A stretch of DNA of 64,000 bases from a virus. Under the pieces are notes generated by a model. It worked only from the letters and a program-made list of their open reading frames with translations. It did not search any database and had not been told where the DNA came from. Position numbers and translations under genes: made by a program. This document shows positions 44,534 through 54,486 of the stretch, piece after piece. Where the stretch lies: positions 519-64,518 of the IMG/VR virus record IMGVR_UViG_3300009777_000113; one strand, given 5' to 3'. Each line of letters begins with the position of its first letter. Within the stretch, counting starts at the first letter, position 1.

Positions 44534-47179
44534 TTAAGCTTCAACACTTTCAGTAACTCCAAGCTCTGAGATCGTGATGATGAACCGTTTGACGGTATCA
44601 GCGATCCTGAGTCTCAGCTCTGCGTTCAGATCCCCTTGCGAGCGTGTAAGGTTCGTATTATTTTCGGCGTCGATTTTGATTTGGACCGCGTCAGCTAAGT
44701 CCTTTCCTCTAACAGCTCGTTTTGCAAACTCAGGTGTAAAGAACTGGATGAATGCTGAGTGAAGGAGTTTGTCACTTTGCTCATCGTTGATGGCAAAGAT
44801 GATGAAATCAAAGTTTTCAAGAAACACGTTTTCGACGTGCGAGAGATATTCCCTCTTGTGCTTGAACTTTCTGCCTCCAGAAAGACCGACGGTTTCATCA
44901 CCCCAAAGAATAAAGTTGCCGTCTTTGATTTTGATAATGTTGATGCCAATGGGATCAAGGAATTCTTCATTGATGGTTTTGCCTTCAAAGCCATCAGGCA
45001 GAGCCACGACGTTTGATAGGATCACATCGATCCCGGCTGCGGCCTTATGATAACCCTGAAAATCGTTTGCTACGCGAGCCTCGGCACCGTGGATCGCTCC
45101 TGTTTGGCTCGTAAGCTTTAGACCGTTTCCGTTCGGACTTAGAACCTTTGCAAAAGACGGCCATGTTACAACGGCGTAGTCGTTTCGTCCGATTTGATCA
45201 TTGATGAACTCTTCTGCGGCATCTTCGTTAACAATGCTCGCTGGAACTTCATAGCGATATTGCCAGTTCTGTGCTTCGGCAAGCTCTGCTCCCGCTTTTT
45301 GAACAGCAGATGAGGTAACACCTGGAGTGGCCAGTTTCACTAGTCCAAAGTTTCCACCGCGAAGTGATTTAAGAGGTGAGCTATCAGCATCGTAAGCACT
45401 CGTGTAGTGAACGTCGCTTATATTGGCGACTCCATCATACCCTTTGCCAAGCTCTTGAACGTATTCGACGCGGAAGTTGTCTCCGGCATCGGCATTTGCA
45501 GTCATGTTGGAGCCAGCTTTGACCGTAATGGCGTTCGCCGTGTTTGAAGTAATTTTGAATTTGATCCGACGATCCACTACGTCCGGGATGAGTACACCAC
45601 CTGCGAGCTTTCCAATCTCAAGGGGGTTGATTAAAATTGTAAGCGTGTCACCAAGGCCGAAGGTTTTCGTTGAATCCTTCGTTGTGTCGACGATCTTAAA
45701 ACCACTTCCGAAATCATTTGGTGAGACAAAGGCCACACCAGATGTGACGGTAAGACCCGTTAGGAACGGCATTTTTTGGCTCGAATAACTCCAGATTTGA
45801 TCAATACCACCAGCCAGAGTTGCTGCTCCCCAGGTGGGTTCAGTGGTTCCGGCAGAGACCGTCGCAATCGCGTTTCCGGCCAGGCCCGCCGTTTGTGCAA
45901 ATAGATTTAAGACAGAGGCTGAGAATTTTTCGGCAAAGACGATGTCCTTCAAAAGTGGATCTACGCTTACGTTGATGAATGCGAGAAGGTTCTCAAGAGA
46001 CGCTTCAGCATCTGCGCCAATGAGCACTTGTGATTCTGGGGTTACCACCACGGTTTTGAAAGTGATCACTTTGCCGTTGATGGTGACTGTATCTCCATCG
46101 GTTGGATTTGCGGCAAAAGTTAAAGCACCAGTTGCTCTTGCTCCGGCAGTCGTCACTTCTAAAGTGACTTCGTCTTGGATGACGGATCCGCCAGGAGTTA
46201 ATGGATCAACTTTCGCTTTGGCTCCATCTACAGATGAAACAACCTCGTCATGAATTTTCGCAGTCAATACGGTGTCGGTTAGAAGCAGGGATTTCCCAAA
46301 GACGTTCGCAGGGCGAATGTCGCTCGTAATGCTTCCGATGTGTTGGTCTACAACCTTGAGCAAGAATTCACTGCTTGAATCGTCATTGATGGATTTGGCA
46401 AAATATCGCGGAGAATTGGGATCAGAACTTAAATTGGGAAACTGTTTAACAAGGGTGGAAACTCCACCTTCGATGAGATAAATTTCAAGTCCCCACTCAT
46501 CAAGAGGATTGTCTTGGCCGTCTTTGATAAGAACGCCGACCGCAAGCCCATCATTTTGCAGTTCAACAGACATTAAAAGGTCAGGACTTCCATTGAGTTC
46601 TGCAACCAAGTCAATATCAGAGGGAACCGTTAGCACTCCGAGAGCGGTGTTTGAGAGAATGTCGAAGGATTTTCCTGGCACAGCATTGAATTTTACTTTA
46701 CCTCCGGCCAGCTCGTCCTTTTTCAAGTCGGCTGGAACAGTCAGAAGAGTAACTGTCGTGGGTGTTACAGAGGCGTAGTTATCAACAAGGAGTCGTTTCT
46801 TGCCAGCCCATCTTCCGCCGTTTCCGGCTTGAAATAACAAAGTTGAGGTTCGGGGATCGCGGCGATTTCTTAACTCCAGTTCAGATAGCTTTTCTGAACC
46901 ATCGGTGATGCGCTGAAGAAAGAGAGTGCCTCGGCCTTGACCAAGTCTGAAGAAATCAAATCCTGCATCGGGCACCAGTGATTCGGGGATAAAACTTCCA
47001 GCGCGAAATCTGAAATCTGTTGAGCTAAAGGTGGCGAAGGGTTTTCGGATCGGTCCTTTTTGTAAAATTCCGGTGTAGGCTGTTGATCCGAGTGCGCCTG
47101 GCACAATCGATTTCTGCGCCTCTTTTTCGACGATAACAACGCCTGCGCCGCGAGTTGGTCCAAATCTTCGTTCTGCCAT
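44534..47179 (-). CDS. Contractile tail sheath protein (881 aa, with insertions)
   Basis: GAGVVIVE, C-terminal GAIHG..AR.....G.HKAAAG, L.P.GIN.I, ILWG, FAIND. Confidence 0.92.
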   Translation of the reverse strand: MAERRFGPTRGAGVVIVEKEAQKSIVPGALGSTAYTGILQKGPIRKPFATFSSTDFRFRAGSFIPESLVPDAGFDFFRLGQGRGTLFLQRITDGSEKLSELELRNRRDPRTSTLLFQAGNGGRWAGKKRLLVDNYASVTPTTVTLLTVPADLKKDELAGGKVKFNAVPGKSFDILSNTALGVLTVPSDIDLVAELNGSPDLLMSVELQNDGLAVGVLIKDGQDNPLDEWGLEIYLIEGGVSTLVKQFPNLSSDPNSPRYFAKSINDDSSSEFLLKVVDQHIGSITSDIRPANVFGKSLLLTDTVLTAKIHDEVVSSVDGAKAKVDPLTPGGSVIQDEVTLEVTTAGARATGALTFAANPTDGDTVTINGKVITFKTVVVTPESQVLIGADAEASLENLLAFINVSVDPLLKDIVFAEKFSASVLNLFAQTAGLAGNAIATVSAGTTEPTWGAATLAGGIDQIWSYSSQKMPFLTGLTVTSGVAFVSPNDFGSGFKIVDTTKDSTKTFGLGDTLTILINPLEIGKLAGGVLIPDVVDRRIKFKITSNTANAITVKAGSNMTANADAGDNFRVEYVQELGKGYDGVANISDVHYTSAYDADSSPLKSLRGGNFGLVKLATPGVTSSAVQKAGAELAEAQNWQYRYEVPASIVNEDAAEEFINDQIGRNDYAVVTWPSFAKVLSPNGNGLKLTSQTGAIHGAEARVANDFQGYHKAAAGIDVILSNVVALPDGFEGKTINEEFLDPIGINIIKIKDGNFILWGDETVGLSGGRKFKHKREYLSHVENVFLENFDFIIFAINDEQSDKLLHSAFIQFFTPEFAKRAVRGKDLADAVQIKIDAENNTNLTRSQGDLNAELRLRIADTVKRFIITISELGVTESVEA

Positions 47180-47200
47180 ATTGATCTCCCTAACTCATGT

Positions 47201-47217
47201 GTGATACATTGTATCAC
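47201..47217 (-). promoter_or_regulatory. Palindromic operator/extended -10 site, copy 6
   Basis: GTGATACATTGTATCAC upstream of the sheath SD GGGAG. Confidence 0.85.
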
Positions 47218-47271
47218 GTTAGAATTTAAAAAACATGCAAATTCCTTACGTCTTCTATTCCATGCGATGTT

Positions 47272-48597
47272 TCATATCGTGATCGCAATTTTGACTCCCC
47301 CGTCTTTGATCAGTGGAATGTCCACGCTTGGCTTGTGAAAGAATTTGACCGCTAAAATGTCCACCGATCCCGTGGCAATGTTCGTGTCCGAGGCGTCTTG
47401 CGACCCTTCGGCCTCTCTCTTGGTCTTTGTCCGGCTGTTGTTGATTTTCTCGCCCACATCCAAGTCATAATCCGTATCCAGGCCGTAGGATTTCAGAGCG
47501 TGGTTGGCAGAAAAGAAGCTCGAAATGTCTTGGCTGAGACGCATCTGGTCTAGCTGAAGTCCTGTAAACACTGCGTAATTGATTCGGATTGTTTTCACCT
47601 CTGGTGAGAACTGAAGCACACCAGACAGGTTCGGAATATCCCTTACCAAGTCGCCTCCGTGGCCAACTGTATCTTGTGCCGTAAACCCAGCGCGATCTAT
47701 GGACTCGATTTCTTCAATCACCAGGCTAGGAAATGTGGCGGGTTCAAAATAATCCTGCCCCGTATTCACCATAATTTCCGGGACATATTCAAAAGTGACC
47801 TCAATGAGCTTTCCGGCAGGAACAGAGGCTTGAAATTGCACAGTGCCGGGCTCAAATGTAAATCCATCTTGTCTCAAAGTCCCAGGCGTATAGATGTCGA
47901 AAAGATTCGTCACCCTCAGTTGATCGTCGGTGATATTATAGGCGCTTCGAATACCTGTGATGTTGTAACTCTTGTTTTCAAGAAGAGCCTTTAGATCAAC
48001 AGTGGTTCCAGCGACGGATATTGGAAAAACAATTTTTGAAGTCGAGCGAAACTCAGTATTCAATTTCCGAATGAAACTCTCATAAATAATGTCGTCCAAG
48101 TAATCGATGTCAAACTCGCCCAAGAGTTTTAGCGAAGTGATTCGTGGAGTAACCTGTGGATTGGTCGTTCGAAGATTAACAATGACTCCGACAGAGCGAC
48201 TGCCAACGGTCGAAATGGGAAAGGTTGAAATGTTCGCATTTAAATCCGGCTCACTCATCCAATCGGAGGCCGTCGCCACAGCCCATGCAGATCCATTCCA
48301 AAAATAATTGTTCGTAGGAGTCTTTAATTTAAATCCAACAAAAGTGCTTATGGGCAACTCGTCACCAATTTTTACCGCTTCAAACTTAAGCCACTTCAAA
48401 AGGGCATTGGGTGTTGTCAGAGAGGTTTCAACGCAGAGATCAGCATCCGTTGGGAAAAGACCAGAGGATGCCTTAAGCTCCAGGCGAGGAGTTCTTGGGT
48501 CTTCGGAGTTCAGGCGAATCTTTGTGTCATCAGAAAATACCAACGCACTTCTGATACGTTCGTCAAAAATGAAATTCTTAATAAGACGATTGATCAT
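47272..48597 (-). CDS. Tail completion/terminator protein with extra N-terminal domain
   Basis: Directly upstream of the sheath; FPSLVIE...LDQMRL. Confidence 0.6.
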   Translation of the reverse strand: MINRLIKNFIFDERIRSALVFSDDTKIRLNSEDPRTPRLELKASSGLFPTDADLCVETSLTTPNALLKWLKFEAVKIGDELPISTFVGFKLKTPTNNYFWNGSAWAVATASDWMSEPDLNANISTFPISTVGSRSVGVIVNLRTTNPQVTPRITSLKLLGEFDIDYLDDIIYESFIRKLNTEFRSTSKIVFPISVAGTTVDLKALLENKSYNITGIRSAYNITDDQLRVTNLFDIYTPGTLRQDGFTFEPGTVQFQASVPAGKLIEVTFEYVPEIMVNTGQDYFEPATFPSLVIEEIESIDRAGFTAQDTVGHGGDLVRDIPNLSGVLQFSPEVKTIRINYAVFTGLQLDQMRLSQDISSFFSANHALKSYGLDTDYDLDVGEKINNSRTKTKREAEGSQDASDTNIATGSVDILAVKFFHKPSVDIPLIKDGGVKIAITI

Positions 48598-49229
48598 CTA
48601 TCCCTCTGATCGCCATCTTTAGCTCCAGCTTTTTGAAACGCAGTTTCAAGGGCTTCTCTCCAGATTCTTTTTACCTTTTCTTGGTTGGAAGGATTCTTAA
48701 AAACAGACGACAAGAATTTTCTTGGTCTAACTCGAAATTTCGTTCTGCCTTTTCCAGTATTTTGATCAAACGCTCTAAGGGCCGATTTTGCTCGTCGTCC
48801 TCCGCGCTCTCTAAGGGCAAAGATAATTGCGGCTCGTACTTGTGGAGTGACGTCGATGGTGTAGCCTTCATGAAGAAGAAGGGCGATCTTTTGCATGTCG
48901 TGAGGAGGGCTTGCCACACCACCCGTGGATTTTCGACCCTTCATCACCCCAACTTCAGATTCAAAGCTATTTTTTAAAGTGAAACCGAGAGCATCAAACA
49001 GATTCTTCTCTTTCAAAAGGGGAATATCCCCTCGCGTGAGTGCCAAGGTCAGTGGGGAATTTGGCGTGTACCTTCGTCCTTTGATCGCTTCTTTTACTCT
49101 GGTGATTAAAAATAAAGAGGCTTTGATTGTGCCTCTTTTAATTTCACGTTCAATAATAGGAAGCGTAGATCCCGCTGTGAGAAATTTCAAAAATACATTT
49201 GTGTCCCCAGTAATCTCAATTGATCCCAT
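48594..49229 (-). CDS. Neck/tail-completion protein (HK97 gp10-like)
   Basis: NSPLT, GVM.G, LHEG..I, RPRKFL. Confidence 0.65.
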   Translation of the reverse strand: MGSIEITGDTNVFLKFLTAGSTLPIIEREIKRGTIKASLFLITRVKEAIKGRRYTPNSPLTLALTRGDIPLLKEKNLFDALGFTLKNSFESEVGVMKGRKSTGGVASPPHDMQKIALLLHEGYTIDVTPQVRAAIIFALRERGGRRAKSALRAFDQNTGKGRTKFRVRPRKFLSSVFKNPSNQEKVKRIWREALETAFQKAGAKDGDQRDR

Positions 49230-49654
49230 TATCCAACTGGCTCCCTATCGGAAAAGAAAACCCTAACAAACGCGAAGCCCGTGTCTGAAAAGTGCGAGGA
49301 CAAATCGCCGACGCTGTGGATGAAATAAAGAAGTTGTTTGAGCGGCTCACCGTGAATCTGCACAATGCGGTCGCCTCGGTTGATCTGTTTGCCTTGGGCT
49401 TTGAGATCACCCCTCTTTAGAATGACATATCCCTTCGCCTTCTCACTGGCTCCAAGCTGTGTGGTCTGCATATCTTGATCGAGATTCGCAAAGACGACCT
49501 GTGCTGGAATAGTGAATTGGTCCCGAACGACGTGATTGATGATTTCTCGTTTGCCACTGACTCCAGTAGAATAGGGAGTTTGAACCTTATTGATGGATTC
49601 AACCACAAGGTCGACGGGTTCGATCAAATCTGGATTTTTATTAAGACCCGCCAT
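49229..49654 (-). CDS. Head-closure (stopper) protein
   Basis: Position; I.RGDRIV.I.G pattern. Confidence 0.6.
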   Translation of the reverse strand: MAGLNKNPDLIEPVDLVVESINKVQTPYSTGVSGKREIINHVVRDQFTIPAQVVFANLDQDMQTTQLGASEKAKGYVILKRGDLKAQGKQINRGDRIVQIHGEPLKQLLYFIHSVGDLSSHFSDTGFAFVRVFFSDREPVG

Positions 49655-50652
49655 TACATGAGATCCTTTTCTCTAATTTCCCGAAAACTGCCGCCGATCA
49701 AAATTGGCCTTCGGTATTGGGATATAATTCGATTAAATCTCTCATTGGTGCTGGCCTGAAAAACTTGGGACTGACCCTTCGGTTCAAAAAACTCTTGCTC
49801 GTGAATATCAACTTTCATCCGCTTAAGGCTTCCAGTGGTTGGCTCTCCTGCCGCCTGAGCTTCAGGGTTTTCCACAGTTTCAATTACGTCGATCATTGTG
49901 GCCTCTTTAATTAAAAGAGGAGTGCTGCCATCAGCCTCTAGGAAACCAAAGTCGCCATCGATCTCTGTAAAAGTGTCCTTTAGAAACACACGATTGGTGA
50001 AAGCACCGGAAAATATATTATCCGTTCTGGTGTTGAGTTTAATCCTCGGATTCCACCTGTCGTCTTGAGGTTCGGTGCGACCCTTTAGAGCGAGAAAGTC
50101 ATTTAGCTTTCCCTCTATAAGTTCTTGTTCCGTACTGTTAATTTTGAGAAATCTAATCCCGATAATGGGTACATTCAAAAATAGAACTGGCGAATTATTG
50201 CCTTCAAATTGAAAAACGCCGGATCGCTTATTAAAAAATTGACCCGTCTCACGATCAACTCTCGCCATCGACAAACGAACAAGAGTTTCGCCCCTGTTTT
50301 TAGGCACCTCGTCTGAATGAAGAAGCTGTGCCGGGCCATTTTGAATTGGATTTTCAGCTCCGGTTTTCTGAAGACGGATGCGATCTGGAGTAGTTAAGAT
50401 TTCTTTAATGCAGTCGGTGTAACCTGCCTGCTCTATGACATCACCGATCTTGGGAGTCGGATCTCCACTTGCAACCGTGAAGTCGTAAAAGTCGCCAAGT
50501 GTATCTACGACTTTATTCGCAAGAGTGATCGCAGATACTTTGACCTTTGAGGATTTTCCTCGCGCAAGTTCTAAAAGAAGTTCACCGTAGGTGATGTAAG
50601 GCCCGATGTTATCCATTAGCCCCACCTTCTTAAGAGAAGTCTTGCCCGCCAC
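49654..50652 (-). CDS. Head-tail adaptor/connector protein
   Basis: YITY.EL, A..RVDR.TGQFF, F.G.NS..LFL; KRMKVD.HE.EF. Confidence 0.65.
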   Translation of the reverse strand: MAGKTSLKKVGLMDNIGPYITYGELLLELARGKSSKVKVSAITLANKVVDTLGDFYDFTVASGDPTPKIGDVIEQAGYTDCIKEILTTPDRIRLQKTGAENPIQNGPAQLLHSDEVPKNRGETLVRLSMARVDRETGQFFNKRSGVFQFEGNNSPVLFLNVPIIGIRFLKINSTEQELIEGKLNDFLALKGRTEPQDDRWNPRIKLNTRTDNIFSGAFTNRVFLKDTFTEIDGDFGFLEADGSTPLLIKEATMIDVIETVENPEAQAAGEPTTGSLKRMKVDIHEQEFFEPKGQSQVFQASTNERFNRIISQYRRPILIGGSFREIREKDLM

Positions 50653-52652
50653 AATGTAGCTTGAATACCACCACCAGAAGAGGCGTAGTCGAGATCGATA
50701 AAGTGGTTGCCTGCTGCCAGAGTAACAATGGCAAATCCAGACTGGGGCATACGCTGATCTGTCCCGCCAGGGCCTGCGCCGCCCGAATCCGCAGGATTCT
50801 CTCTGTGCTCCATGATTGTTTGAGCATTATTAGTTTGAACGCGAGCGAAGAAGTCCGTAGTTTCTGAGTCGTAACCCCACTCGTAATACCATTCGATTTT
50901 ATATTGTCCTCCAGCAAGACCATTTGCATTCAATGTGAGGCCCGTTTGGAAAGCAGCAGATGCCGTGGTCTGACTTGTATCGATGGCCGCCGAGTTCGCT
51001 TCAAAGATCGGGAAAGTATTATGGACGTGATCACTTCTTGCAAAACTGTTTGCCGATCCTTGTGCATTTGCATCCCCTGTATTTTGAGGCGCTGCCGTCG
51101 GAATATTGTGAGTATGGTCCGACTTAGCAAGGGATGGCGAAGAGCCAGCGGCGTTGGCTTGATCAGGCGTTTGCGTCGTTGCTGGTCCCGATGCGATGGC
51201 GTGGGTATGGTTGGATCGCGCAAAGCTGGGGTTTGACCCTTGAGCGTTCGGTGAGTTGGCATCAAGTCCTACAGCAGACGCCGTTGGAATATTGTGAACA
51301 TGGTCTGATTTAGCAAGTGAAGCAGCAACACCTAGAGTATTGGCCTGGTCAGGTGTCTGCGCTATAGGCAATCCCGACGCAATTGCATGAGTGTGATTTG
51401 ATCTCGCAAAACTCGGATTTGAGCCTTGAGCGTTCGGAGAGTTTGCGTCCAGTCCTACTGCAGATGCGGTCGGAATATTGTGTGTGTGATCTGCCTTTGC
51501 TAGTGATGTCGATGAACCTGGGGCATTTGCCTGATCAGGTGTTTGTGTCGAAGCAGGGCCAGAGGCAATCGCGTGAGTGTGATTTGACCTCGCAAAACTT
51601 GGATTGGAACCTTGAGCATTGGGAGAGTTCGCATCTAATCCAACCGCAGATGCCGTTGGAATATTATGTGTGTGGTCGGCTTTTGCAAATGACGGAGACG
51701 CGCCCGCAGCGTTGGCTTGATCTGGAGTTTGCGTTGAGGCAGGTCCCGAAGCCACTGCATGGGTGTGATTTGATCTTGCAAAGCTAGGGTTAGAACCTTG
51801 GGCGTTAGGTGAATTGGTATCGAGGCCCACGGCTGAAGCAGTTGGAATATTGTGCGTGTGATCTGCCTTGGCGACAGTATTTGCTATTCCAGCGGCATTG
51901 GCTTGATCCGGCGTTTGCGTTGAAGCCGGGCCAGTTGGAATCGGATCCGCACCTGCAGGCGCATGACGATTGCCGTGAGACTCAACGACTACACCGTTAT
52001 AAGTGCCGACGTTCGAAATATTGTGGCCTTGCCCATCGAGATCGCCTCCAAGCTCAGGCGTTGTATCATCAGAGAGATTCGCCATTGGACCGACGGGACC
52101 TTGGGGGCCAGTAATATTGGCGAAGAGACTCCATGTCGTTGGCGAATTCTTCTCGTAAAGATCGCCGTTTGATTTGTCGATGTAAAAATCTTGTTCTCTT
52201 CCAAGAGCGGGAGCGGGTGGTCCCGCGCCCTGAAACCAATCTGAACCATCAATGTTGGTAATGAGGTTCCAGACCGTCGGGGCCGTCTTCTCGTAAATGT
52301 CTCCTTCATCAATATCGATATAGAAATCCTGAATTCTGCCAAGCGCAGAATTGGGAGGACCGGAACCTTTAAACCAATCCGATCCATCGACATTGCCACG
52401 CAAAGTCCAAGTATTGAAATTAACCTTTTCGTAAAAATCGCCCACATCAGAGTCGAGATAAAAGTCACCTGTTCTCCCTAACGCTGGTGCAGGAATTCCG
52501 GCACCTGTATGCCATTTCGATCCAAGATTTGAAGTTGAAATCCATTCTAAAAGACCAGCGGCGTTCTTGATGGGAAAAGACTCATTCGAAGCAGGTAAAA
52601 ACCCCTTCGGAGGATGAAGTTCTGAGTCTGGTAGGTCCTTATGAATTGGCAT
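50616..52652 (-). CDS. Head/neck fibre with tandem repeats
   Basis: Three ~46-aa G.FY.D..G..YEK repeats, a short collagen-like GPQGPVGP, five 62-aa HxH repeats, jelly-roll tip. Confidence 0.75.
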   Translation of the reverse strand: MPIHKDLPDSELHPPKGFLPASNESFPIKNAAGLLEWISTSNLGSKWHTGAGIPAPALGRTGDFYLDSDVGDFYEKVNFNTWTLRGNVDGSDWFKGSGPPNSALGRIQDFYIDIDEGDIYEKTAPTVWNLITNIDGSDWFQGAGPPAPALGREQDFYIDKSNGDLYEKNSPTTWSLFANITGPQGPVGPMANLSDDTTPELGGDLDGQGHNISNVGTYNGVVVESHGNRHAPAGADPIPTGPASTQTPDQANAAGIANTVAKADHTHNIPTASAVGLDTNSPNAQGSNPSFARSNHTHAVASGPASTQTPDQANAAGASPSFAKADHTHNIPTASAVGLDANSPNAQGSNPSFARSNHTHAIASGPASTQTPDQANAPGSSTSLAKADHTHNIPTASAVGLDANSPNAQGSNPSFARSNHTHAIASGLPIAQTPDQANTLGVAASLAKSDHVHNIPTASAVGLDANSPNAQGSNPSFARSNHTHAIASGPATTQTPDQANAAGSSPSLAKSDHTHNIPTAAPQNTGDANAQGSANSFARSDHVHNTFPIFEANSAAIDTSQTTASAAFQTGLTLNANGLAGGQYKIEWYYEWGYDSETTDFFARVQTNNAQTIMEHRENPADSGGAGPGGTDQRMPQSGFAIVTLAAGNHFIDLDYASSGGGIQATLWRARLLLRRWG
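51020..51932 (-). repeat. Five 62-aa (186-bp) HxH tandem repeats
   Basis: Unit GPASTQTPDQANAAG....AKADHTHNIPTASAVGLDANSPNAQGSNPSFARSNHTHAIAS; the last copy is shortened. Confidence 0.9.
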
Positions 52653-52661
52653 AAGCTCCCA

Positions 52662-52823
52662 TCATGTTGAGTCAGTGATGAATTCCCCATCGGTTGTCGT
52701 CACGAACTGCATATCCGTCGTAGTGATCGCCTTCGTTGGTGAAGTTCCCAAAGCCTCAAGTGTTTCAATCGAAACCAAAGTCCTTAAAATTCTTCCGAGT
52801 TTGCCGTTTGAAAAGTACGACAT
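52662..52823 (-). CDS. Small 53-aa protein missed by the ORF track
   Basis: MSYFSNGKLGRILRTLVSIETLEALGTSPTKAITTTDMQFVTTTDGEFITDST; fills the gap with a TGA-G-ATG junction. Confidence 0.55.
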   Translation of the reverse strand: MSYFSNGKLGRILRTLVSIETLEALGTSPTKAITTTDMQFVTTTDGEFITDST

Positions 52824-52824
52824 C

Positions 52825-53106
52825 TCAGAGCCTCCACGCCCACACTCTCACGCTGGCATTTTGCGGAGAGCGAAGCCAAATTTTACCAACGCTCACCCCG
52901 TCTAAAACGAGCGGTGAATCGTCTTTAAGAAGTTCCCCGTGAAGAGACGGGCGCTTAAATGAAAGGTCCACTTGGGTGTCAGAATCATTTGAGACGATCA
53001 GCCGCGTGGCTTGAAATGGAATCTTGATCTGAGCTTCATCAGGAAACTCAGTTAGACCAATTTCAGATCGCTTGTAGAAAAAATTCTGACTTTCCATGTT
53101 CACCAC
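52825..53106 (-). CDS. Small beta protein (paralog of 53107-53391), possible virion decoration
   Basis: Shared NFFY...VRVWA. Confidence 0.6.
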   Translation of the reverse strand: MVNMESQNFFYKRSEIGLTEFPDEAQIKIPFQATRLIVSNDSDTQVDLSFKRPSLHGELLKDDSPLVLDGVSVGKIWLRSPQNASVRVWAWRL

Positions 53107-53391
53107 TTATTTAAATGCCCACACGCGCACTTCGGTCACCGCACCAGATGCTTGTTTCAAAGCAATCCGATTGGCCTCAAGACCTTCAAAGTTCACCAAT
53201 CCATCAGTAGGTTTTATGCGGCCATCGATGCGAGTGTCGTCTGCACCGTTAAGAACAAAATCAAGCTCACCGCCAACGACTGCGATCTTGATGTGCCTAG
53301 AGGAGAATTTGAAATCAAAGGCATTGTCTTTGTAATTCGCGGTCAGCGCCGTGAGTCGTTCGTAAAAGAAATTTCCTCTATTTGTGCTCAT
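53107..53391 (-). CDS. Small beta protein (paralog of 52825-53106)
   Basis: Shared NFFY...VRVWA. Confidence 0.6.
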   Translation of the reverse strand: MSTNRGNFFYERLTALTANYKDNAFDFKFSSRHIKIAVVGGELDFVLNGADDTRIDGRIKPTDGLVNFEGLEANRIALKQASGAVTEVRVWAFK

Positions 53392-53794
53392 TCAAAATCC
53401 CTCGATTCCGATAAACGTCTTTTGAAAACATCTGTTTTCCGACGAAACTCATTGTTGTTCTGGAGAGAATGGGGGGCTTAGGGTCTTCGTATGTGTAGAC
53501 AAGAAGTTCGAGTTTTACTTCGTCGGCATGAACGATAAGACGCTCGCCGAGTTTTCGCTCTGAACCATCTTTGGTGTTGAAAACACTTTCTGCATACACA
53601 TTCACTTTCCTAAAGTTCTTCGGGTATTGAAACGTGTGGAATTTCTTTTCGTGCAAGATTCCGATTCCGGTAATCCTGCTTTGAAAATCCTGAAGGGATG
53701 ACCACTCAAGCCATTGCTGGTAATCAGAGGCGCTATTGAGATCAAATGATAATACTTTTCCATCATTCAAATTCACCTTGATCACTGAAAACAC
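53378..53794 (-). CDS. Hypothetical protein
   Basis: Operon packing in the head region. Confidence 0.6.
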   Translation of the reverse strand: MFSVIKVNLNDGKVLSFDLNSASDYQQWLEWSSLQDFQSRITGIGILHEKKFHTFQYPKNFRKVNVYAESVFNTKDGSERKLGERLIVHADEVKLELLVYTYEDPKPPILSRTTMSFVGKQMFSKDVYRNRGILNEHK

Positions 53795-53810
53795 ACCCCT
53801 TCATTACCGT

Positions 53811-54164
53811 TTACACACCCTCAAAGCCTTTCCCTTTCTTCTTCCATTTTTTCTCGTAGTTAGAGGCTTCCTCTTGGACTTCCTCTCTTGGCTGTTCTTG
53901 GGCCACCTCGGACTTGTGAACCTCTGGAGCTTGAGGCTTCGGAGATTCTTTTCTTTCTCTCGGAGTGGGGGTCACCTTGAGAAGTTTGAAAATGTCGGCT
54001 CTCTTATCCTTTAGATAGGAAAGTTCAGCCGTCGTGATTTCAATAAGCCTTCGCGGATAAAGGTGAAGAGCGCCTTGAACGGACCTTTCACAGTCTTTCG
54101 GGAAGCCATCAATAAAGAGAGGGTGATCTCCTAAGAATTGAACCGATGTTTTTTGATTATGCAT
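53811..54164 (-). CDS. Hypothetical protein
   Basis: Operon packing; charged C-terminus. Confidence 0.55.
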   Translation of the reverse strand: MHNQKTSVQFLGDHPLFIDGFPKDCERSVQGALHLYPRRLIEITTAELSYLKDKRADIFKLLKVTPTPRERKESPKPQAPEVHKSEVAQEQPREEVQEEASNYEKKWKKKGKGFEGV

Positions 54165-54456
54165 TTACATCATCCTCGTGATCGCCCTCGTCATCCTCAT
54201 CATTATCGTGGTCTTCGTCCTCCGTCTTTTCGGGCAGCGTTCGCTTTACGAACTTTTTAGTGCCGCCATCGGAACTCTCTGACCGTCTAGGATCGGGTTG
54301 CGATGACGGGAGACGTTTCACGAGAAAATAGCCATTGGCTTCGAACTGTTTGATTAACTCCTCACCCTTAACGACCTGTGGAACATCTTTGAGCCAGGTT
54401 TTTTTGTTAAAGGTATAGGACTCACAGCCCCGCAGAATCACTCTTGCACTTGTCAT
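54157..54456 (-). CDS. Hypothetical protein with acidic tail
   Basis: SD AAGGAG; directly after the capsid gene. Confidence 0.6.
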   Translation of the reverse strand: MTSARVILRGCESYTFNKKTWLKDVPQVVKGEELIKQFEANGYFLVKRLPSSQPDPRRSESSDGGTKKFVKRTLPEKTEDEDHDNDEDDEGDHEDDVNA

Positions 54457-54486
54457 TTAAGAACTCCTTCTTGGTTTAAATTTCTA

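Noticed and set aside
31992-47179. Stand-alone eCIS/tailocin
   Set aside because: Terminase, portal, capsid, integrase and replication genes are contiguous, so this is a phage.
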